From assembly GCA_047972635.1 (NCBI GenBank), contig JBKEAS010000128.1, positions 1 to 46,362 on the forward strand: 46,362 nt of DNA, written 5' to 3'. How positions within the stretch are numbered: position 1 is the stretch's first letter; the number at the start of each line of letters is the position of its first letter. The notes beneath the pieces were generated by a model. The model did not search any database. It was not told where the DNA came from and worked only from the letters and a program-made list of their open reading frames with translations. Below are positions 19,028 to 30,254 of this stretch, piece after piece. Source of the stretch: Anaerotignum sp. Its GTDB lineage: Bacteria; Bacillota; Clostridia; Lachnospirales; Anaerotignaceae. Position numbers and translations under genes: made by a program.

Positions 19028-19396
19028 TTAGAATTTTAATCCGGCTTCTCTTGCTGCTTCTGCCAAAGCTTTTACTTTTCCGTGATAAACGAAACCGCCT
19101 CTGTCAAAAACAACTTCAGTAATGCCTTTTTCAACTGCTCTCTTAGCGACTACTTCACCAACAATAGCAGCTGCTGCAACAGTAGAAGTAAATTCTACTT
19201 TGCTGGAAATTTCAGATTCCATTGTGGAAGCTGCAACCAATGTTTGATGTGTAACATCGTCAATAATCTGTGCATACATATGCTTATTGGATCTGAACAC
19301 AGCCAATCTTGGTCTCTGAGCAGTTCCATTCACATGATTACGGATTCTGTAGTGTCTTTTCACACGAGCCGCCGCACGAGATGGCTTTCTAATCAT
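19028..19396 (-). CDS. rplR: 50S ribosomal protein L18
   Basis: [12 protein letters not shown] and [14 protein letters not shown]. Confidence 0.99.
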   Translation of the reverse strand: MIRKPSRAAARVKRHYRIRNHVNGTAQRPRLAVFRSNKHMYAQIIDDVTHQTLVAASTMESEISSKVEFTSTVAAAAIVGEVVAKRAVEKGITEVVFDRGGFVYHGKVKALAEAAREAGLKF

Positions 19397-19465
19397 AGTA
19401 TTTCACTCCATTTCTTCAAAATTAGTCACTTTCCGATATAAATATCTCAAGCTACTCCGCGTTGA

Positions 19466-20008
19466 TTATTTCTTACCGGTCTTACCAACTTTACGTCTAA
19501 TGCGTTCATCAGAGTATTTAATACCCTTACCTTTATAAGGTTCAGGAGGACGTTTTGTTCTGATTTCAGCTGCAAACTGTCCAACTTTTTCTTTATCAAT
19601 ACCCTTAACAATAATTTTATTTGTACCTTCAACAATAGATTCGATCCCTTCAGGATCTTCCATCTCTACTGGATGAGAGTAACCCAATGTAAGATTTAAT
19701 TTCTTACCGGATTTCGCTGCTCTGTAACCAACACCGTTGATTTCCAAAACCTTTTCGTAACCCTGTGTTACACCAACTACCATGTTAAAGATTAAAGTTC
19801 TTGTTAAACCGTGTAAAGCTCTATGTCTTTTCAGATCACTAGGTCTTTCAACCACAATCTGACCTTCTTCCATTGCGATATGCATGTCAGCAGGTAACTT
19901 TCTTTCAAGTGTACCTTTTGGGCCTTTTACTGTAAGCAGGTTGCCTTCGCCGATTTTAATATCAACGCCAGCAGGTACTGCAACAGGTAATTTACCAATT
20001 CTTGACAT
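19466..20008 (-). CDS. rplF: 50S ribosomal protein L6
   Basis: MSRIGKLPV and [13 protein letters not shown]. Start at ATG 20008. Confidence 0.99.
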   Translation of the reverse strand: MSRIGKLPVAVPAGVDIKIGEGNLLTVKGPKGTLERKLPADMHIAMEEGQIVVERPSDLKRHRALHGLTRTLIFNMVVGVTQGYEKVLEINGVGYRAAKSGKKLNLTLGYSHPVEMEDPEGIESIVEGTNKIIVKGIDKEKVGQFAAEIRTKRPPEPYKGKGIKYSDERIRRKVGKTGKK

Positions 20009-20038
20009 GGTCTGCACCTCCTATTTGTCTCTAAATAA

Positions 20039-20440
20039 TTACCAGATAAAAGCGATAACTTCGCCACCAATACCAGCTTTTCTCGCATCCTTATCTGTCA
20101 TCAAACCACGGCTTGTGGAAATAACTGCAATACCCAGTCCACCCAAAACCTTAGGTAATTCATCTTTGCCAGCAAAAATTCTAAGACCTGGTTTGGAAAT
20201 TCTTTTCAAACCTGTGATAACCTTTTCATTTTTGTCAGCACCATATTTTAAGCTAACACGAATTGTAGATTTAACACCATCTTCAATTACTTCATAGCCT
20301 TTTAGATAACCTTCTGTTGTCAAGATATCAGCGATTGCTCTCTTCATCTTGGAAGAAGGAACATCAACTGTATCGTGTTTCGCTGTGTTACCATTTCTGA
20401 TTCTTGTCAGCATATCTGCGATAGGGTCGCTCATTGACAT
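20039..20440 (-). CDS. rpsH: 30S ribosomal protein S8
   Basis: [12 protein letters not shown] and RISKPGLR. Confidence 0.99.
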   Translation of the reverse strand: MSMSDPIADMLTRIRNGNTAKHDTVDVPSSKMKRAIADILTTEGYLKGYEVIEDGVKSTIRVSLKYGADKNEKVITGLKRISKPGLRIFAGKDELPKVLGGLGIAVISTSRGLMTDKDARKAGIGGEVIAFIW

Positions 20441-20460
20441 TACGAATTCCTCCTTTCTGT

Positions 20461-20646
20461 TTACCAGCTAGCTTTCTTTACGCCGGGAATCTGGCCTTTG
20501 TATGCCAATTCACGGAAGCAAATACGGCAAATTCCATATTTTTTAAGCACAGAGTGGGGTCTACCACACACTCTGCAACGAGTGTAAGCTCTTGTAGAGA
20601 ACTTAGGAGTTCTCTGCTGCTTTACGATCATAGATCTTTTAGCCAT
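20461..20646 (-). CDS. rpsZ: 30S ribosomal protein S14 type Z (zinc-binding)
   Basis: 61 aa with CRVCGRP...ICRICFRE. Confidence 0.98.
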   Translation of the reverse strand: MAKRSMIVKQQRTPKFSTRAYTRCRVCGRPHSVLKKYGICRICFRELAYKGQIPGVKKASW

Positions 20647-20661
20647 TTTTGTCCCTCCCTT

Positions 20662-21201
20662 TTATTTTGCGAATGGCATACCAAATAATTTAAGCAATTC
20701 TCTTGCTTCTTCATCAGTGTTTGCAGTTGTAACAAACACGATGTCCATACCTCTGATTTTATCAACTTTATCGTATTCGATTTCAGGGAAAATCAGCTGT
20801 TCTTTGATACCCATTGTGTAGTTACCTCTACCATCAAAGCTATTTGCCTTAACACCACGGAAGTCACGTACACGAGGGAGAGCGATATTGATCAGTCTGT
20901 CAGCAAACTCGTACATTCTGTTGCCTCTTAATGTAGCCTTGCAACCAATGTTCATACCTTCACGAAGTTTGAAAGCTGCGATTGACTTTTTCGCCTTTGT
21001 TACAACAGGTTTCTGTCCAACGATAATTGTCATATCTTTTACAGCACCGTCCAAAACTTTCGCATTTTCTTTTGCTTCACCCACACCCATGTTGATAATA
21101 ATTTTTTCCAACTTAGGCACAGCCATTTTATTTGTATATGAAAACTTCTTCATCATTTCAGGAACGACTTCAGCTTCATAAAAATCTCTTAATCTGGTCA
21201 T
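20662..21201 (-). CDS. rplE: 50S ribosomal protein L5
   Basis: LPRVRDFRG and EQLIFPEI. Confidence 0.99.
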   Translation of the reverse strand: MTRLRDFYEAEVVPEMMKKFSYTNKMAVPKLEKIIINMGVGEAKENAKVLDGAVKDMTIIVGQKPVVTKAKKSIAAFKLREGMNIGCKATLRGNRMYEFADRLINIALPRVRDFRGVKANSFDGRGNYTMGIKEQLIFPEIEYDKVDKIRGMDIVFVTTANTDEEARELLKLFGMPFAK

Positions 21202-21222
21202 TGTTTACCTCCTTTCCGGTGA

Positions 21223-21534
21223 TCAGTCGATAACTTCGCCTGTCTTTTTTGCGATTCTTACTTTTTTGCCGTCTTTGATCATTGCGCCAAGACGTGTTGC
21301 CTTGCCATTGTGTAGATACATTACGTTAGAAGCGTGAATGTAACCTTCTTTCTTAATAATACCACCCTGCTGATTTTGCACATTGGGTTTTGTATGTTTG
21401 GAAATCATGTTAACGCCTTCAACAAGCACTCTGTTGCTCTTTTTATCTACTGCAAGGATCTTGCCTTCTTTACCTTTATCTTTTCCTGTAATCACAACGA
21501 CTTTGTCGCCGCTTTTTAATTTCAAGTTAGCCAC
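21223..21534 (-). CDS. rplX: 50S ribosomal protein L24
   Basis: [14 protein letters not shown] and IHASNVM. Confidence 0.99.
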   Translation of the reverse strand: MANLKLKSGDKVVVITGKDKGKEGKILAVDKKSNRVLVEGVNMISKHTKPNVQNQQGGIIKKEGYIHASNVMYLHNGKATRLGAMIKDGKKVRIAKKTGEVID

Positions 21535-21547
21535 CTAGCACACCTCC

Positions 21548-21916
21548 TTATAATACTTCAGGTGCCAGAGAAAGAATTTTCATAAAGTGCTTCTCTCTCA
21601 GTTCTCTAGCAACGGGTCCAAAAATACGTGTACCTCTGGGATTTTTATCATCTTTGATGATAACCGCTGCATTCTCGTCGAATTTAATATAGCTACCGTC
21701 TGCTCTACCTACGGAGTGTACTGTTCTAACAACAACAGCCTTAACAACATCGCCTTTTTTAACAACGCCGCCGGGTGTTGCGTCTTTAACTGCAGCAACA
21801 ATGATGTCGCCAACGCCCGCATATCTTCTTGTAGAACCGCCAAGTACTCTAATGCAAAGGAGTTCTTTCGCTCCGGAATTATCTGCTACTTTTAATCTGG
21901 TTTCCTGTTGAACCAT
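21548..21916 (-). CDS. rplN: 50S ribosomal protein L14
   Basis: VADNSGAK and [13 protein letters not shown]. Confidence 0.99.
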   Translation of the reverse strand: MVQQETRLKVADNSGAKELLCIRVLGGSTRRYAGVGDIIVAAVKDATPGGVVKKGDVVKAVVVRTVHSVGRADGSYIKFDENAAVIIKDDKNPRGTRIFGPVARELREKHFMKILSLAPEVL

Positions 21917-21941
21917 ATGAATGCCTCCTCTCCAAAAAGGA

Positions 21942-22199
21942 TTATTTTGCTTTTTCGATGATGCTTACCAGTCTCCATCTTTTGTCCTTGGACAAAGGTC
22001 TGGTTTCCATAACCTTTACACGGTCGCCGATACCACATTCGTTGTTTTCATCATGTGCTTTAAGCTTGTAAGTTCTATTAATAATTTTACCGTACAAAGG
22101 GTGTTTTACTTTATCTTCTACAGCAACAACAATTGTCTTATCCATCTTGTCGCTGACAACTTTACCAATTCTGGTTTTACGAAGATTTCTTTCTTCCAC
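21942..22199 (-). CDS. rpsQ: 30S ribosomal protein S17
   Basis: [11 protein letters not shown] and [11 protein letters not shown]. Confidence 0.99.
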   Translation of the reverse strand: MEERNLRKTRIGKVVSDKMDKTIVVAVEDKVKHPLYGKIINRTYKLKAHDENNECGIGDRVKVMETRPLSKDKRWRLVSIIEKAK

Positions 22200-22229
22200 G
22201 ATGAGTTCCTCCTTTCATAGACCGGATTA

Positions 22230-22439
22230 TTATTCTGCTGTTCTAGCTTGTTGTGTAATCACTGTCTGGATTCTTGCGATGTTCTTACGAACTTCCTTAA
22301 TTCTTGCTGTATTATCCAACTGGTTCGTTGCGTTCTGAAATCTCAGGTTGAATAATTCTTTTTTAGCAGAAACAAGGTCCTTCTGTAATTCATCTGCAGT
22401 CTTACCCATCAATTCATTAACATAACCTTTTGTTTTCAC
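22230..22439 (-). CDS. rpmC: 50S ribosomal protein L29
   Basis: ELFNLRFQ and [14 protein letters not shown] overlap with the rplP stop. Confidence 0.98.
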   Translation of the reverse strand: MKTKGYVNELMGKTADELQKDLVSAKKELFNLRFQNATNQLDNTARIKEVRKNIARIQTVITQQARTAE

Positions 22440-22873
22440 TGCTGATCACCTGCCATTTCTAACGCCTCTGCCTTGGAAACAATTTTACACTTAATAGGAA
22501 GCTTGTGAACCGCTAGTCTCAACGCTTCTCTTGCTGTTTCTTCTGCAACGCCGCCAATTTCAAACATAACTCTGCCGGGCTTAACTACTGCTACCCAATA
22601 TTCAGGTGCGCCTTTACCGGAACCCATACGAGTACCAATAGGCTTTGCGGATACAGGTTTATCTGGGAAAACCTTAATCCAAACGTCACCACCACGTCTG
22701 ATATATCTTGTCATCGCGATACGCGCTGCTTCAATCTGGTTAGATGTGATCCAGCTAGGCTCCATAGCCATAATACCGAATTCACCGTAAGTTACCTTAT
22801 TGCCTCTGGTAGCTCTACCCTTCATGGAACCTCTTTGTTGCTTACGATATTTCACTCTTTTAGGCATTAACAT
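22436..22873 (-). CDS. rplP: 50S ribosomal protein L16
   Basis: [11 protein letters not shown] and RMGSGKG. Confidence 0.99.
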   Translation of the reverse strand: MLMPKRVKYRKQQRGSMKGRATRGNKVTYGEFGIMAMEPSWITSNQIEAARIAMTRYIRRGGDVWIKVFPDKPVSAKPIGTRMGSGKGAPEYWVAVVKPGRVMFEIGGVAEETAREALRLAVHKLPIKCKIVSKAEALEMAGDQQ

Positions 22874-22875
22874 AA

Positions 22876-23535
22876 TTACTTAGCGCCTCCTTCCTTTTTC
22901 GCTGCTTTAACAGGAAGTACCTCACCTTTGTAGATCCAAACTTTTACGCCCAATTTGCCGTATGTTGTATCAGCTTCTGCAAAACCGTAATCGATATCTG
23001 CACGAAGTGTCTGAAGAGGGATAGTACCTTCATGATAGCTTTCTGAACGAGCCATGTCAGCACCGCCCAAACGACCGCTAACAGCTGTCTTGATACCCTT
23101 TGCGCCAAACTTCATCGTTCTACCCATAGACTGCTTCATAGCACGACGGAATGTCACACGGTTTTCCAACTGTAATGCGATATTTTCAGCTACTAACTGT
23201 GCATCCAATTCAGGTTTTCTGATTTCTTCAATGTTTAAAGCAACCTTCTGCTCTGTCATCTTTTGAACTTCTGCCTTCAATTCTTCAATTGCTTGACCAT
23301 TCTTACCAATAACAATACCAGGTTTTGCTGTGTGTACTGTAATTTTAATTCTGCCAGCTGTTCTTTCAATAGCAATTTTAGAAACGCCGGAAGTATATAA
23401 TTTAGCTTTAATAAACTTTCTGATTTTAACGTCCTCTACTAGGTAGTCAGCAAAATCTTTTTCAGCATACCATTTCGTATCCCAATCTTTGATGATACCG
23501 ACTCTTAATCCATGAGGATTTACTTTCTGTCCCAT
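22876..23535 (-). CDS. rpsC: 30S ribosomal protein S3
   Basis: [13 protein letters not shown] and [11 protein letters not shown]. Confidence 0.99.
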   Translation of the reverse strand: MGQKVNPHGLRVGIIKDWDTKWYAEKDFADYLVEDVKIRKFIKAKLYTSGVSKIAIERTAGRIKITVHTAKPGIVIGKNGQAIEELKAEVQKMTEQKVALNIEEIRKPELDAQLVAENIALQLENRVTFRRAMKQSMGRTMKFGAKGIKTAVSGRLGGADMARSESYHEGTIPLQTLRADIDYGFAEADTTYGKLGVKVWIYKGEVLPVKAAKKEGGAK

Positions 23536-23546
23536 TTCGTACCTCC

Positions 23547-23936
23547 TTATCTCTCATTGAGAATGATGGAAATATGGCAGGATCTTTTCAAGATGCGATA
23601 TGCTCTGCCTTGTGCTCTAGGGCGGATTCTTTTCATTGTGGGCCCTTGATCAGCACTTACCTCTTCCACATACAATTTGTTTACGTCCATACCCAAGTTG
23701 TTTTCTGCGTTAGCCACTGCAGATTTTAAAACCTTTGCAATGATATCAGAAGCATATCTTGGGGAATAATTTAACAACGCTGCTGCTGTCACAACATCTT
23801 TACCTTTGATCTGATCCAAAACGATCTTTCCTTTAGAGGCAGGGATGCCAACGTACTTTGCAGATGCGTGTGGTCTAGTTTCTTTATTGTTGATATTTCT
23901 TTCTTTCTTTATTTGGCTTCTATGACCTTTTGCCAT
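23547..23936 (-). CDS. rplV: 50S ribosomal protein L22 (N-terminally extended)
   Basis: [11 protein letters not shown] and RPRAQGRA. Confidence 0.98.
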   Translation of the reverse strand: MAKGHRSQIKKERNINNKETRPHASAKYVGIPASKGKIVLDQIKGKDVVTAAALLNYSPRYASDIIAKVLKSAVANAENNLGMDVNKLYVEEVSADQGPTMKRIRPRAQGRAYRILKRSCHISIILNER

Positions 23937-23961
23937 GAACGAAACCTCCTTTCATCAGATA

Positions 23962-24246
23962 TTAGCGAAGTCTTGATTTCTTTTCTGCGTCTTTGCCATG
24001 ACCTCTGTAGCTTCTTGTCAACGCAAATTCACCAAGTTTGTGGCCTACCATATCTTCTGTAATATATACAGGCACATGTTTTCTGCCGTCGTAAACTGCG
24101 ATTGTATGACCGATCATATCGGGGAAAATTGTAGAACGACGAGACCATGTTTTAATTACGTTCTTTTCGCCTGCTGCATTCATAGCATCAATCTTTTTCA
24201 AAAGATGATCATCAGCGAAAGGTCCCTTTTTGAGTGATCTGCTCAT
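23962..24246 (-). CDS. rpsS: 30S ribosomal protein S19
   Basis: [10 protein letters not shown] and MVGHKLGEF. Confidence 0.99.
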   Translation of the reverse strand: MSRSLKKGPFADDHLLKKIDAMNAAGEKNVIKTWSRRSTIFPDMIGHTIAVYDGRKHVPVYITEDMVGHKLGEFALTRSYRGHGKDAEKKSRLR

Positions 24247-24310
24247 GTTTTACTCCTCCTTGTTTCGTGTTTTTGTGCTTTAGGCAACAGCCTTTACACA
24301 TTCCGATCTA

Positions 24311-25141
24311 TTAGCCGTTTCTGCGGCGAACAATATACTTATTGGAAGCTTTATGTTTCTTTCTTGTTTTGTAACCCATTGCTGGTTTACCCCAAGGTGT
24401 CATAGGAGATGGACGACCGATAGGTGCTCTACCTTCACCACCACCGTGAGGGTGATCGTTAGGGTTCATTACGGAACCTCTTACAGTAGGTCTAATACCC
24501 ATGTGACGTTTTCTACCTGCTTTACCAATATGAATTAATTCGTGGTCGATATTACCAACCTGACCGATTGTAGCTCTACACTCGATAGGCAGTAATCTCA
24601 TTTCTCCAGAAGGAAGTTTTACTGTTGCATACTTGCCTTCTTTCGCCATCAACTGTGCTTCGTTACCAGCTGCACGTACCAACTGTCCACCTTTACCAGG
24701 TTTCATTTCGATGTTGTGGATGTTTGCACCAACGGGAATTCTGCTCATAGGTAATGTGTTGCCCAATTTAACTTCTGCATCAGGGCCGTTCATTACTTTG
24801 TCGCCAACTTTCAAACCAACGGGAGCCAAAATATAAGATTTTTGACCATCAGCGTAAACAATCAAAGCAATGTTTGCTGTTCTGTTAGGATCGTATTCGA
24901 TCGCTGTAACTGTTGCAGCAATGCCGTCTTTATTACGTCTGAAATCTACCAATCTGTATTTAATTTTGGAGCCACCGCCACGATGACGTACTGTCAATTT
25001 ACCCTGGTTATTTCTACCTGAATTTTTCTTAAGGTGTACTACCAAAGATTTTTCAGGAGTTGATTTTGTGATTTCATCAAAAGCGGACACAGTCATGTGT
25101 CTTCTAGATGGGGTATATGGTTTATATCTTTTAATTGCCAT
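24311..25141 (-). CDS. rplB: 50S ribosomal protein L2
   Basis: IEYDPNRTA and [13 protein letters not shown]. Start at ATG 25141. Confidence 0.99.
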   Translation of the reverse strand: MAIKRYKPYTPSRRHMTVSAFDEITKSTPEKSLVVHLKKNSGRNNQGKLTVRHRGGGSKIKYRLVDFRRNKDGIAATVTAIEYDPNRTANIALIVYADGQKSYILAPVGLKVGDKVMNGPDAEVKLGNTLPMSRIPVGANIHNIEMKPGKGGQLVRAAGNEAQLMAKEGKYATVKLPSGEMRLLPIECRATIGQVGNIDHELIHIGKAGRKRHMGIRPTVRGSVMNPNDHPHGGGEGRAPIGRPSPMTPWGKPAMGYKTRKKHKASNKYIVRRRNG

Positions 25142-25219
25142 CTTTTGCACTCCTTTCAAGCTTCTATCTATCTACACGTTTCCGTGTGTTTTGCATTTCG
25201 CGTCTTGTTTTCCTAAGAA

Positions 25220-25519
25220 TTACATTCCCTGGAAAATTTCGATGTCTTTACTATCAGCAGTCAATTTAACGATTGCTTTTTTGAACTTTGGTGTTCTACC
25301 AAAATGCATACCTCTTCTTTTAGGTTTGCCATCATAGTTCATTGTGTTTACAGCTGCAACCTTTGCACCAGTGAACATTTTTTCAACCGCATCTTTAACC
25401 TGAGCCTTTGTTGCTTCAGGGTGTACGATGAAAGTATATTTCTTTTCATCTAAAACAGACATACTGTTTTCTGTGATAACGGGCTTCAAGATTACGTCAT
25501 AATATTTCAAATCAGCCAT
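25220..25519 (-). CDS. rplW: 50S ribosomal protein L23
   Basis: PVITE and KKAIVKL, in the expected gene order. Confidence 0.98.
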   Translation of the reverse strand: MADLKYYDVILKPVITENSMSVLDEKKYTFIVHPEATKAQVKDAVEKMFTGAKVAAVNTMNYDGKPKRRGMHFGRTPKFKKAIVKLTADSKDIEIFQGM

Positions 25520-26139
25520 TATGCGTACACCTCCTCAATTTTCGCTACCGCTTCTTTTGTTACAACCAAAGTGTTGTATTTCAAAAGATCATATACGTTA
25601 ATTGTATTTACGGAAGCTGTTTTCACTTCTGGGATATTTCTTGCGGAAAGCATTACATTGCTGTTTGTACCATCCATAACAATCAAAGCTTTACCACATT
25701 TGATGTTTTCAAGTACACCAACCATTGCTTTTGTCTTAACTTCCGCTAAGTTTAATTCGTCTAATACGATGATTTTGCCTTCTGCTGCTTTTACAGAAAG
25801 AGCAGATTGAAGAGCCAATCTTTTCACTTTCTTGTTCAGCTTGAAGGAATAATCTCTAGGCTTCGGAGCGAATACAACACCACCGCCTACCCATTGAGGG
25901 GAACGGATGGAGCCCTGTCTTGCTCTACCTGTACCTTTTTGTCTCCAAGGCTTTCTACCACCACCACGAACTTCTGCACGTGTTTTTGTGCTTTGTGTGC
26001 CCTGTCTCTGGTTAGCCAGATACTGAACAACTGCCATATGCATCACGTGTTCATTTGCTTCTACGCCGAAAATAGCGTCATTTAGTTCGATTGTGCTTAC
26101 CTGATCGCCCTTCATGTTTAATACTGCAACATTTGCCAT
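25519..26139 (-). CDS. rplD: 50S ribosomal protein L4
   Basis: [19 protein letters not shown]. Confidence 0.99.
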   Translation of the reverse strand: MANVAVLNMKGDQVSTIELNDAIFGVEANEHVMHMAVVQYLANQRQGTQSTKTRAEVRGGGRKPWRQKGTGRARQGSIRSPQWVGGGVVFAPKPRDYSFKLNKKVKRLALQSALSVKAAEGKIIVLDELNLAEVKTKAMVGVLENIKCGKALIVMDGTNSNVMLSARNIPEVKTASVNTINVYDLLKYNTLVVTKEAVAKIEEVYA

Positions 26140-26166
26140 GTTAATTTCCTCCTTTCGTAAAGTTTA

Positions 26167-26796
26167 TCAAGCCTTTACGCTATCTTTGATAACCAGAATA
26201 GAACCTTTTGCACCAGGAACTGCACCCTTGATTAAAATCAAGTTCTTTTCTGCATCAGTACGAACGATTTCAAGGTTCTGAATTGTTACATTTTCGCAAC
26301 CCATGTGACCAGGCATCTTTTTGCCTTTTTTAACACGGCTAGGTGTTGCGGAAGTACCCATAGAACCTACTACTCTGTGAGATTTGGAACCGTGTCCCAT
26401 AGGTCCTCTACTTGCATTGTATCTCTTAATTGTACTTTGGAAGCCTTTACCTTTGGAAACGCCGCTTGCATCAACTTTTTCGCCAACTGCGAATACATCA
26501 GCTTTAATCTCAGCACCAACTTCATATGTGCTTACATCTTCCAATCTAAATTCTTTCACAAATTTCTTTGCTGTAACGCCTGCTTTGTCAAAATGACCCT
26601 GTGCAGGTTTTGTTACATGCTTAGCCTTTGCATCTACGAAACCAATCTGAATTGCTTCGTAACCATCATTTTCAGTTGTTTTCTTCTGAACAACAACGCA
26701 AGGACCAGCTTCAAGAACTGTTACAGGCACCAACGTACCGTTTTCAACGAAAACTTGTGTCATGCCGATCTTTTTAGCTATAATCGCCTTTTTCAT
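26167..26796 (-). CDS. rplC: 50S ribosomal protein L3
   Basis: [16 protein letters not shown] and MPGHMG. Start at ATG 26796. Confidence 0.99.
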   Translation of the reverse strand: MKKAIIAKKIGMTQVFVENGTLVPVTVLEAGPCVVVQKKTTENDGYEAIQIGFVDAKAKHVTKPAQGHFDKAGVTAKKFVKEFRLEDVSTYEVGAEIKADVFAVGEKVDASGVSKGKGFQSTIKRYNASRGPMGHGSKSHRVVGSMGTSATPSRVKKGKKMPGHMGCENVTIQNLEIVRTDAEKNLILIKGAVPGAKGSILVIKDSVKA

Positions 26797-26974
26797 TCCG
26801 TGCACCTCCTAATTTTCTACAGCGGATTGCCCCTTTTAGGGGTAATCATACTAGATTCATATAAGAGTTGTTGGCATTGCTTTTGTTAGCGTTTGCTTCT
26901 TATATAAACCAGTTTTGGATGTTTTCCTTCTCAGAAATACGTCCGGTTCGTCGCATTCCGTACATACTTCAAAA

Positions 26975-27289
26975 TTATTTCATTACTTTTAATGTGATAT
27001 CCACACCAGCAGGCAAATCCAAACGACTTAAAGCGTCAGCTGTCTTTGCTGTAGGGCTAAGAATATCAATCAATCTCTTGTGCGTTCTCATCTCAAACTG
27101 CTCTCTAGAGTCTTTGTACTTGTGTACCGCTCTGATAATCGTAACAACTTCCTTCTTTGTTGGAAGAGGGATCGGACCACTGATTTGTGCTCCTGTTTTC
27201 TTCGCTGTTTCGATGATCTGCGCTGCAGACTGGTCGATCAATTTGTGATCGTAAGCTTTGAGACTGATTCTGATTTTTGGGTTAGCCAT
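26975..27289 (-). CDS. rpsJ: 30S ribosomal protein S10
   Basis: [17 protein letters not shown] and [16 protein letters not shown]. Confidence 0.99.
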   Translation of the reverse strand: MANPKIRISLKAYDHKLIDQSAAQIIETAKKTGAQISGPIPLPTKKEVVTIIRAVHKYKDSREQFEMRTHKRLIDILSPTAKTADALSRLDLPAGVDITLKVMK

Positions 27290-27434
27290 AAAAAAAGTCC
27301 CCTCCTTTTCGTACTTTTAGTTTCAGCACGACAAGTGGTGACTGCACACTTATCCAGGTGTATCCTGCAACGACAGATACAAAATTATCCCATTCACATG
27401 GGTAATCATTCCCTAATATTCAGTACAGTGACCT

Positions 27435-27527
27435 TGTCGCCCGGTTTCTTGAACTGGACATCGCTCCACAGAAAAACCCAAAAGCCCTGATTTTATAGGC
27501 TTTAGACAACCTTCTGCTTCAACACTC
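27435..27527 (-). ncRNA. S10-operon leader RNA (Firmicute/Clostridia S10-leader-like)
   Basis: GTGTTGAAGCAGAAGGTTG...TTTCTGTGGAGCGATGTCC...GGGCGAC resembles the Firmicute rpsJ leader as I recall it. It contains an AAAGCCT/GGGCTTT stem. Confidence 0.65.
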
Positions 27528-27545
27528 TATGTCACAACATTAATG

Positions 27546-27574
27546 AGTATACACGAAAACCCTTGTCATTGCAA
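27546..27574 (-). promoter_or_regulatory. SigA promoter of the S10 operon
   Basis: TTGCAA (27574-27569)-17 bp-TATACT (27551-27546). Confidence 0.75.
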
Positions 27575-27831
27575 GCTTTTTGGCGTATTTTTTTGGAAAT
27601 TTTCCTCGATTTTTAATAAAATTTTCCACCGCCAAACGGATAAATTTTATACACATTGCACAAGAAATAGAATTGTATCTTGTGCAATGCAATCCTAAAT
27701 TGTGTTTTTCTCTATTTTTCTAAAAATAAATAGAACCCAAAATATTTAAAAAAGTTCACAATCTATACTCATTTTATAGCAAGTAAAGCATCACCTCTTT
27801 GTGTACTTCACCAAACTTCACACAAGTATCC

Positions 27832-29190
27832 TTAGTTTTTAAAACTATGAATAGGTGCCGGAATACGTCCACCGCGTGCAATAAATGCTTCGCAGCTATA
27901 ACGGTTTACAGGCATAATTGGTGCGTGTCCAAGCAAACCGCCAAATTCCACGTGTTCGCCTTCTTTTCTTCCAATCACAGGAATTAAACGAACAGCAGTT
28001 GTCTTGTTGTTGACCATACCAATTGCTGCTTCATCTGCAATAATGCCAGAAATGGTAGATGCAGGCGTATTTCCTGGGATAGCAACCATATCCAACCCTA
28101 CAGAACAAACACAAGTCATAGCTTCTAACTTCTCTAATGTCAACGCACCTTTTTCAGCCGCTTCAATCATACCATGGTCTTCGCTAACAGGAATAAACGC
28201 ACCGCTTAATCCACCTACATAAGAGGACGCCATAACTCCACCTTTTTTCACGTTGTCGTTCAATAGCGCTAACGCCGCTGTTGTTCCGGGCGCACCGGGT
28301 TCTGCAAGTCCCATTTCTTGAAAAATTTCCGCAATACTATCGCCAACTGCTGGCGTAGGTGCCAAAGAAAGATCAATAATTCCAAAAGGAACATCTAACC
28401 TTTTCGCCGCTTCTTCTGCAATCATCTGTCCAACACGTGTAATTTTAAAAGCAGTACGCTTTACCGTTTCACAAAGCGTCTCAAAATCAGCACCACGTGC
28501 TTCTTCCAAAGCTTTCTTCACAACACCAGGACCACTTACACCCACGTTAATGGCACAATCTCCCTCACCAACGCCATGGAATGCACCCGCCATAAAAGGA
28601 TTGTCCTCAACTGCATTACAGAAAATAACCAATTTCGCACACCCAATGCACTCTGCATCTTTTGTCAATTCCGCTGTCTTTAGGATAATCTCTCCCATTT
28701 CTTTTACTGCGTCCATATTAATACCGTTTCTTGACGTACCAATATTCACAGAAGAACAAACTCTTTCGGTAACAGCCATTGCCTCTGGAATAGAAGCAAT
28801 CAATGTTCTATCGCTTTTTGTGTATCCTTTATGTACCAAAGCCGAAAACCCGCCGATAAAGTTTACACCAACCTCTTTTGCAGCTTTATCCAAAGTTTGT
28901 GCAATACTTACGTAAGAATCTGTTTCACAGCCCGCTGCCGCAATGGCAATTGGTGTAATAGAAATTCTCTTGTTTACAACAGGCACTCCATATTTTTTCG
29001 CCAACTCATCACCAACCTTAACTAGGTCCTTTGCATAAGTTGTAATTTTATTATATATTTTTTCGTTAAATTTATTGACATCTGCGTCTGCACAGTCCAA
29101 CAAGCTAATGCCCATTGTAATCGTACGCACATCCAAATTCATGTCATCAATCATGCGGTTTGTTTCCAAAATTTCATTTCTTGTAATCAT
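27832..29190 (-). CDS. DUF711/UPF0210 (PFL-like) protein
   Basis: [28 protein letters not shown] and [12 protein letters not shown] 29190 behind GGGAGG. Paired with an ACT protein. Confidence 0.93.
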   Translation of the reverse strand: MITRNEILETNRMIDDMNLDVRTITMGISLLDCADADVNKFNEKIYNKITTYAKDLVKVGDELAKKYGVPVVNKRISITPIAIAAAGCETDSYVSIAQTLDKAAKEVGVNFIGGFSALVHKGYTKSDRTLIASIPEAMAVTERVCSSVNIGTSRNGINMDAVKEMGEIILKTAELTKDAECIGCAKLVIFCNAVEDNPFMAGAFHGVGEGDCAINVGVSGPGVVKKALEEARGADFETLCETVKRTAFKITRVGQMIAEEAAKRLDVPFGIIDLSLAPTPAVGDSIAEIFQEMGLAEPGAPGTTAALALLNDNVKKGGVMASSYVGGLSGAFIPVSEDHGMIEAAEKGALTLEKLEAMTCVCSVGLDMVAIPGNTPASTISGIIADEAAIGMVNNKTTAVRLIPVIGRKEGEHVEFGGLLGHAPIMPVNRYSCEAFIARGGRIPAPIHSFKN

Positions 29191-29205
29191 TTTCAACCCT
29201 CCCAA

Positions 29206-29487
29206 TTAAATACGATGCATCGCATCAAAAATTGTCGTGTGCTGAACTCTGATCTTAAGCCCCATTTCACCACCAAGTGTATCAAATTTTTCAATCAACT
29301 CGTTATATTCACTTGTTGCCTTGGAAATATCCACAACCGTCACCATACTAAAATAGCCTCCAACGATTGTCTGTGAAATATCCAAAATATTGATATTCGC
29401 ATCAGCCAAAAGCGTACACACCTTAGCTGTAATGCCAACACAATCCTGTCCCAATACGGTAATCACTGCCTTTTCCATTTCCTGCAT
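29206..29487 (-). CDS. ACT-domain protein (UPF0237)
   Basis: KAVITVLGQDCVGI..NILDISQTI..IFDAMHRI. ATG 29487 behind AGGAGG. Confidence 0.92.
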   Translation of the reverse strand: MQEMEKAVITVLGQDCVGITAKVCTLLADANINILDISQTIVGGYFSMVTVVDISKATSEYNELIEKFDTLGGEMGLKIRVQHTTIFDAMHRI

Positions 29488-29555
29488 CTTTTCTCCTCCT
29501 AAATAAACCTGAAAGACCGCTCGTGCCTTTTCCAATATCTTTTGTCATATAATAC

Positions 29556-29590
29556 AAAATGCCGTTTGCTCCACAAAGAGCAAACGCATC
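29556..29590 (-). terminator. Hairpin or possible terminator after thpR
   Basis: CGTTTGCTC-N6-GAGCAAACG followed by GCATTTTG on the minus strand. Confidence 0.5.
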
Positions 29591-29600
29591 ATCAATCATA

Positions 29601-30158
29601 TCATTCTTTTCCATATCCCTTTAATAACTGACGATATATCGGCTTGTATATCAACCTTGGTCCTCTACGCACACTTTCCATCAAAGTGATTTTTTCCACT
29701 GTAAAACTTCTGCCGTCCATAGTAACAGCCCTTTGTACGTCTGAAAAACCTCTTTGTGGTTCTATATCACGTCCTAGTGTGATATGCGGGCTAAGCCCCT
29801 TCTTTTCTCTGGCAAAGCCTTGTCTGCCCAAACTTTTTTCTAAATTTAGAAACAATCGTTGCAGCGGGTCACTTTTTTGTACCCCTGCCCATAAAACACC
29901 CTTGTCTCCTCTTCCGAAAAAACCAATCTGATCTAGTTTCAAGTCAAAAACCTTATTTCTCTTTGCAGTTTCAAACATTGCTTCCTTAATATATTCCACA
30001 TCTGATGGGTCAATTTCACCTAAGAAATGAAGTGTAATATGAAAATTATCCTCTGGTGTATAATTCCCTCGGCGACAAAATTTCTTTGTCTCTGCCTGAA
30101 TTTCAGTCAAATATTGCGTCACATCAGGTGACAATTCGATGGAGATAAACGTACGCAT
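29601..30158 (-). CDS. thpR: RNA 2',3'-cyclic phosphodiesterase (2H family, LigT/ThpR)
   Basis: MRTFISI start and two HxT motifs (FHITLHFLG, PHITLGR). Start at ATG 30158. Confidence 0.92.
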   Translation of the reverse strand: MRTFISIELSPDVTQYLTEIQAETKKFCRRGNYTPEDNFHITLHFLGEIDPSDVEYIKEAMFETAKRNKVFDLKLDQIGFFGRGDKGVLWAGVQKSDPLQRLFLNLEKSLGRQGFAREKKGLSPHITLGRDIEPQRGFSDVQRAVTMDGRSFTVEKITLMESVRRGPRLIYKPIYRQLLKGYGKE

Positions 30159-30174
30159 ATCGCCCCTCCTTCTT

Positions 30175-30240
30175 AAAAAAACTCTCGATCGGAATGAAGT
30201 AACACTTATAATTTTCAATCCATCCGACCGAGAATTTTTC
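30175..30240 (-). terminator. Terminator-like large-loop hairpin after tkt
   Basis: TTCTCGGTCGGA...TCCGATCGAGAG stem followed by a T run on the minus strand. Confidence 0.6.
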
Positions 30241-30254
30241 ATTTTATCTATTCG

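Noticed and set aside
25173..25188. ACACG-GAAA-CGTGT GNRA hairpin before rplB as a regulatory RNA
   Set aside because: A 5-bp stem is too little evidence without comparative data.
11070..27490. Numerous plus-strand and alternate-frame ORFs of 60-194 aa over the ribosomal genes (e.g. 26305-26889, 19884-20297)
   Set aside because: They are antisense shadows of codon-biased conserved genes, with no SD or recognisable motifs.
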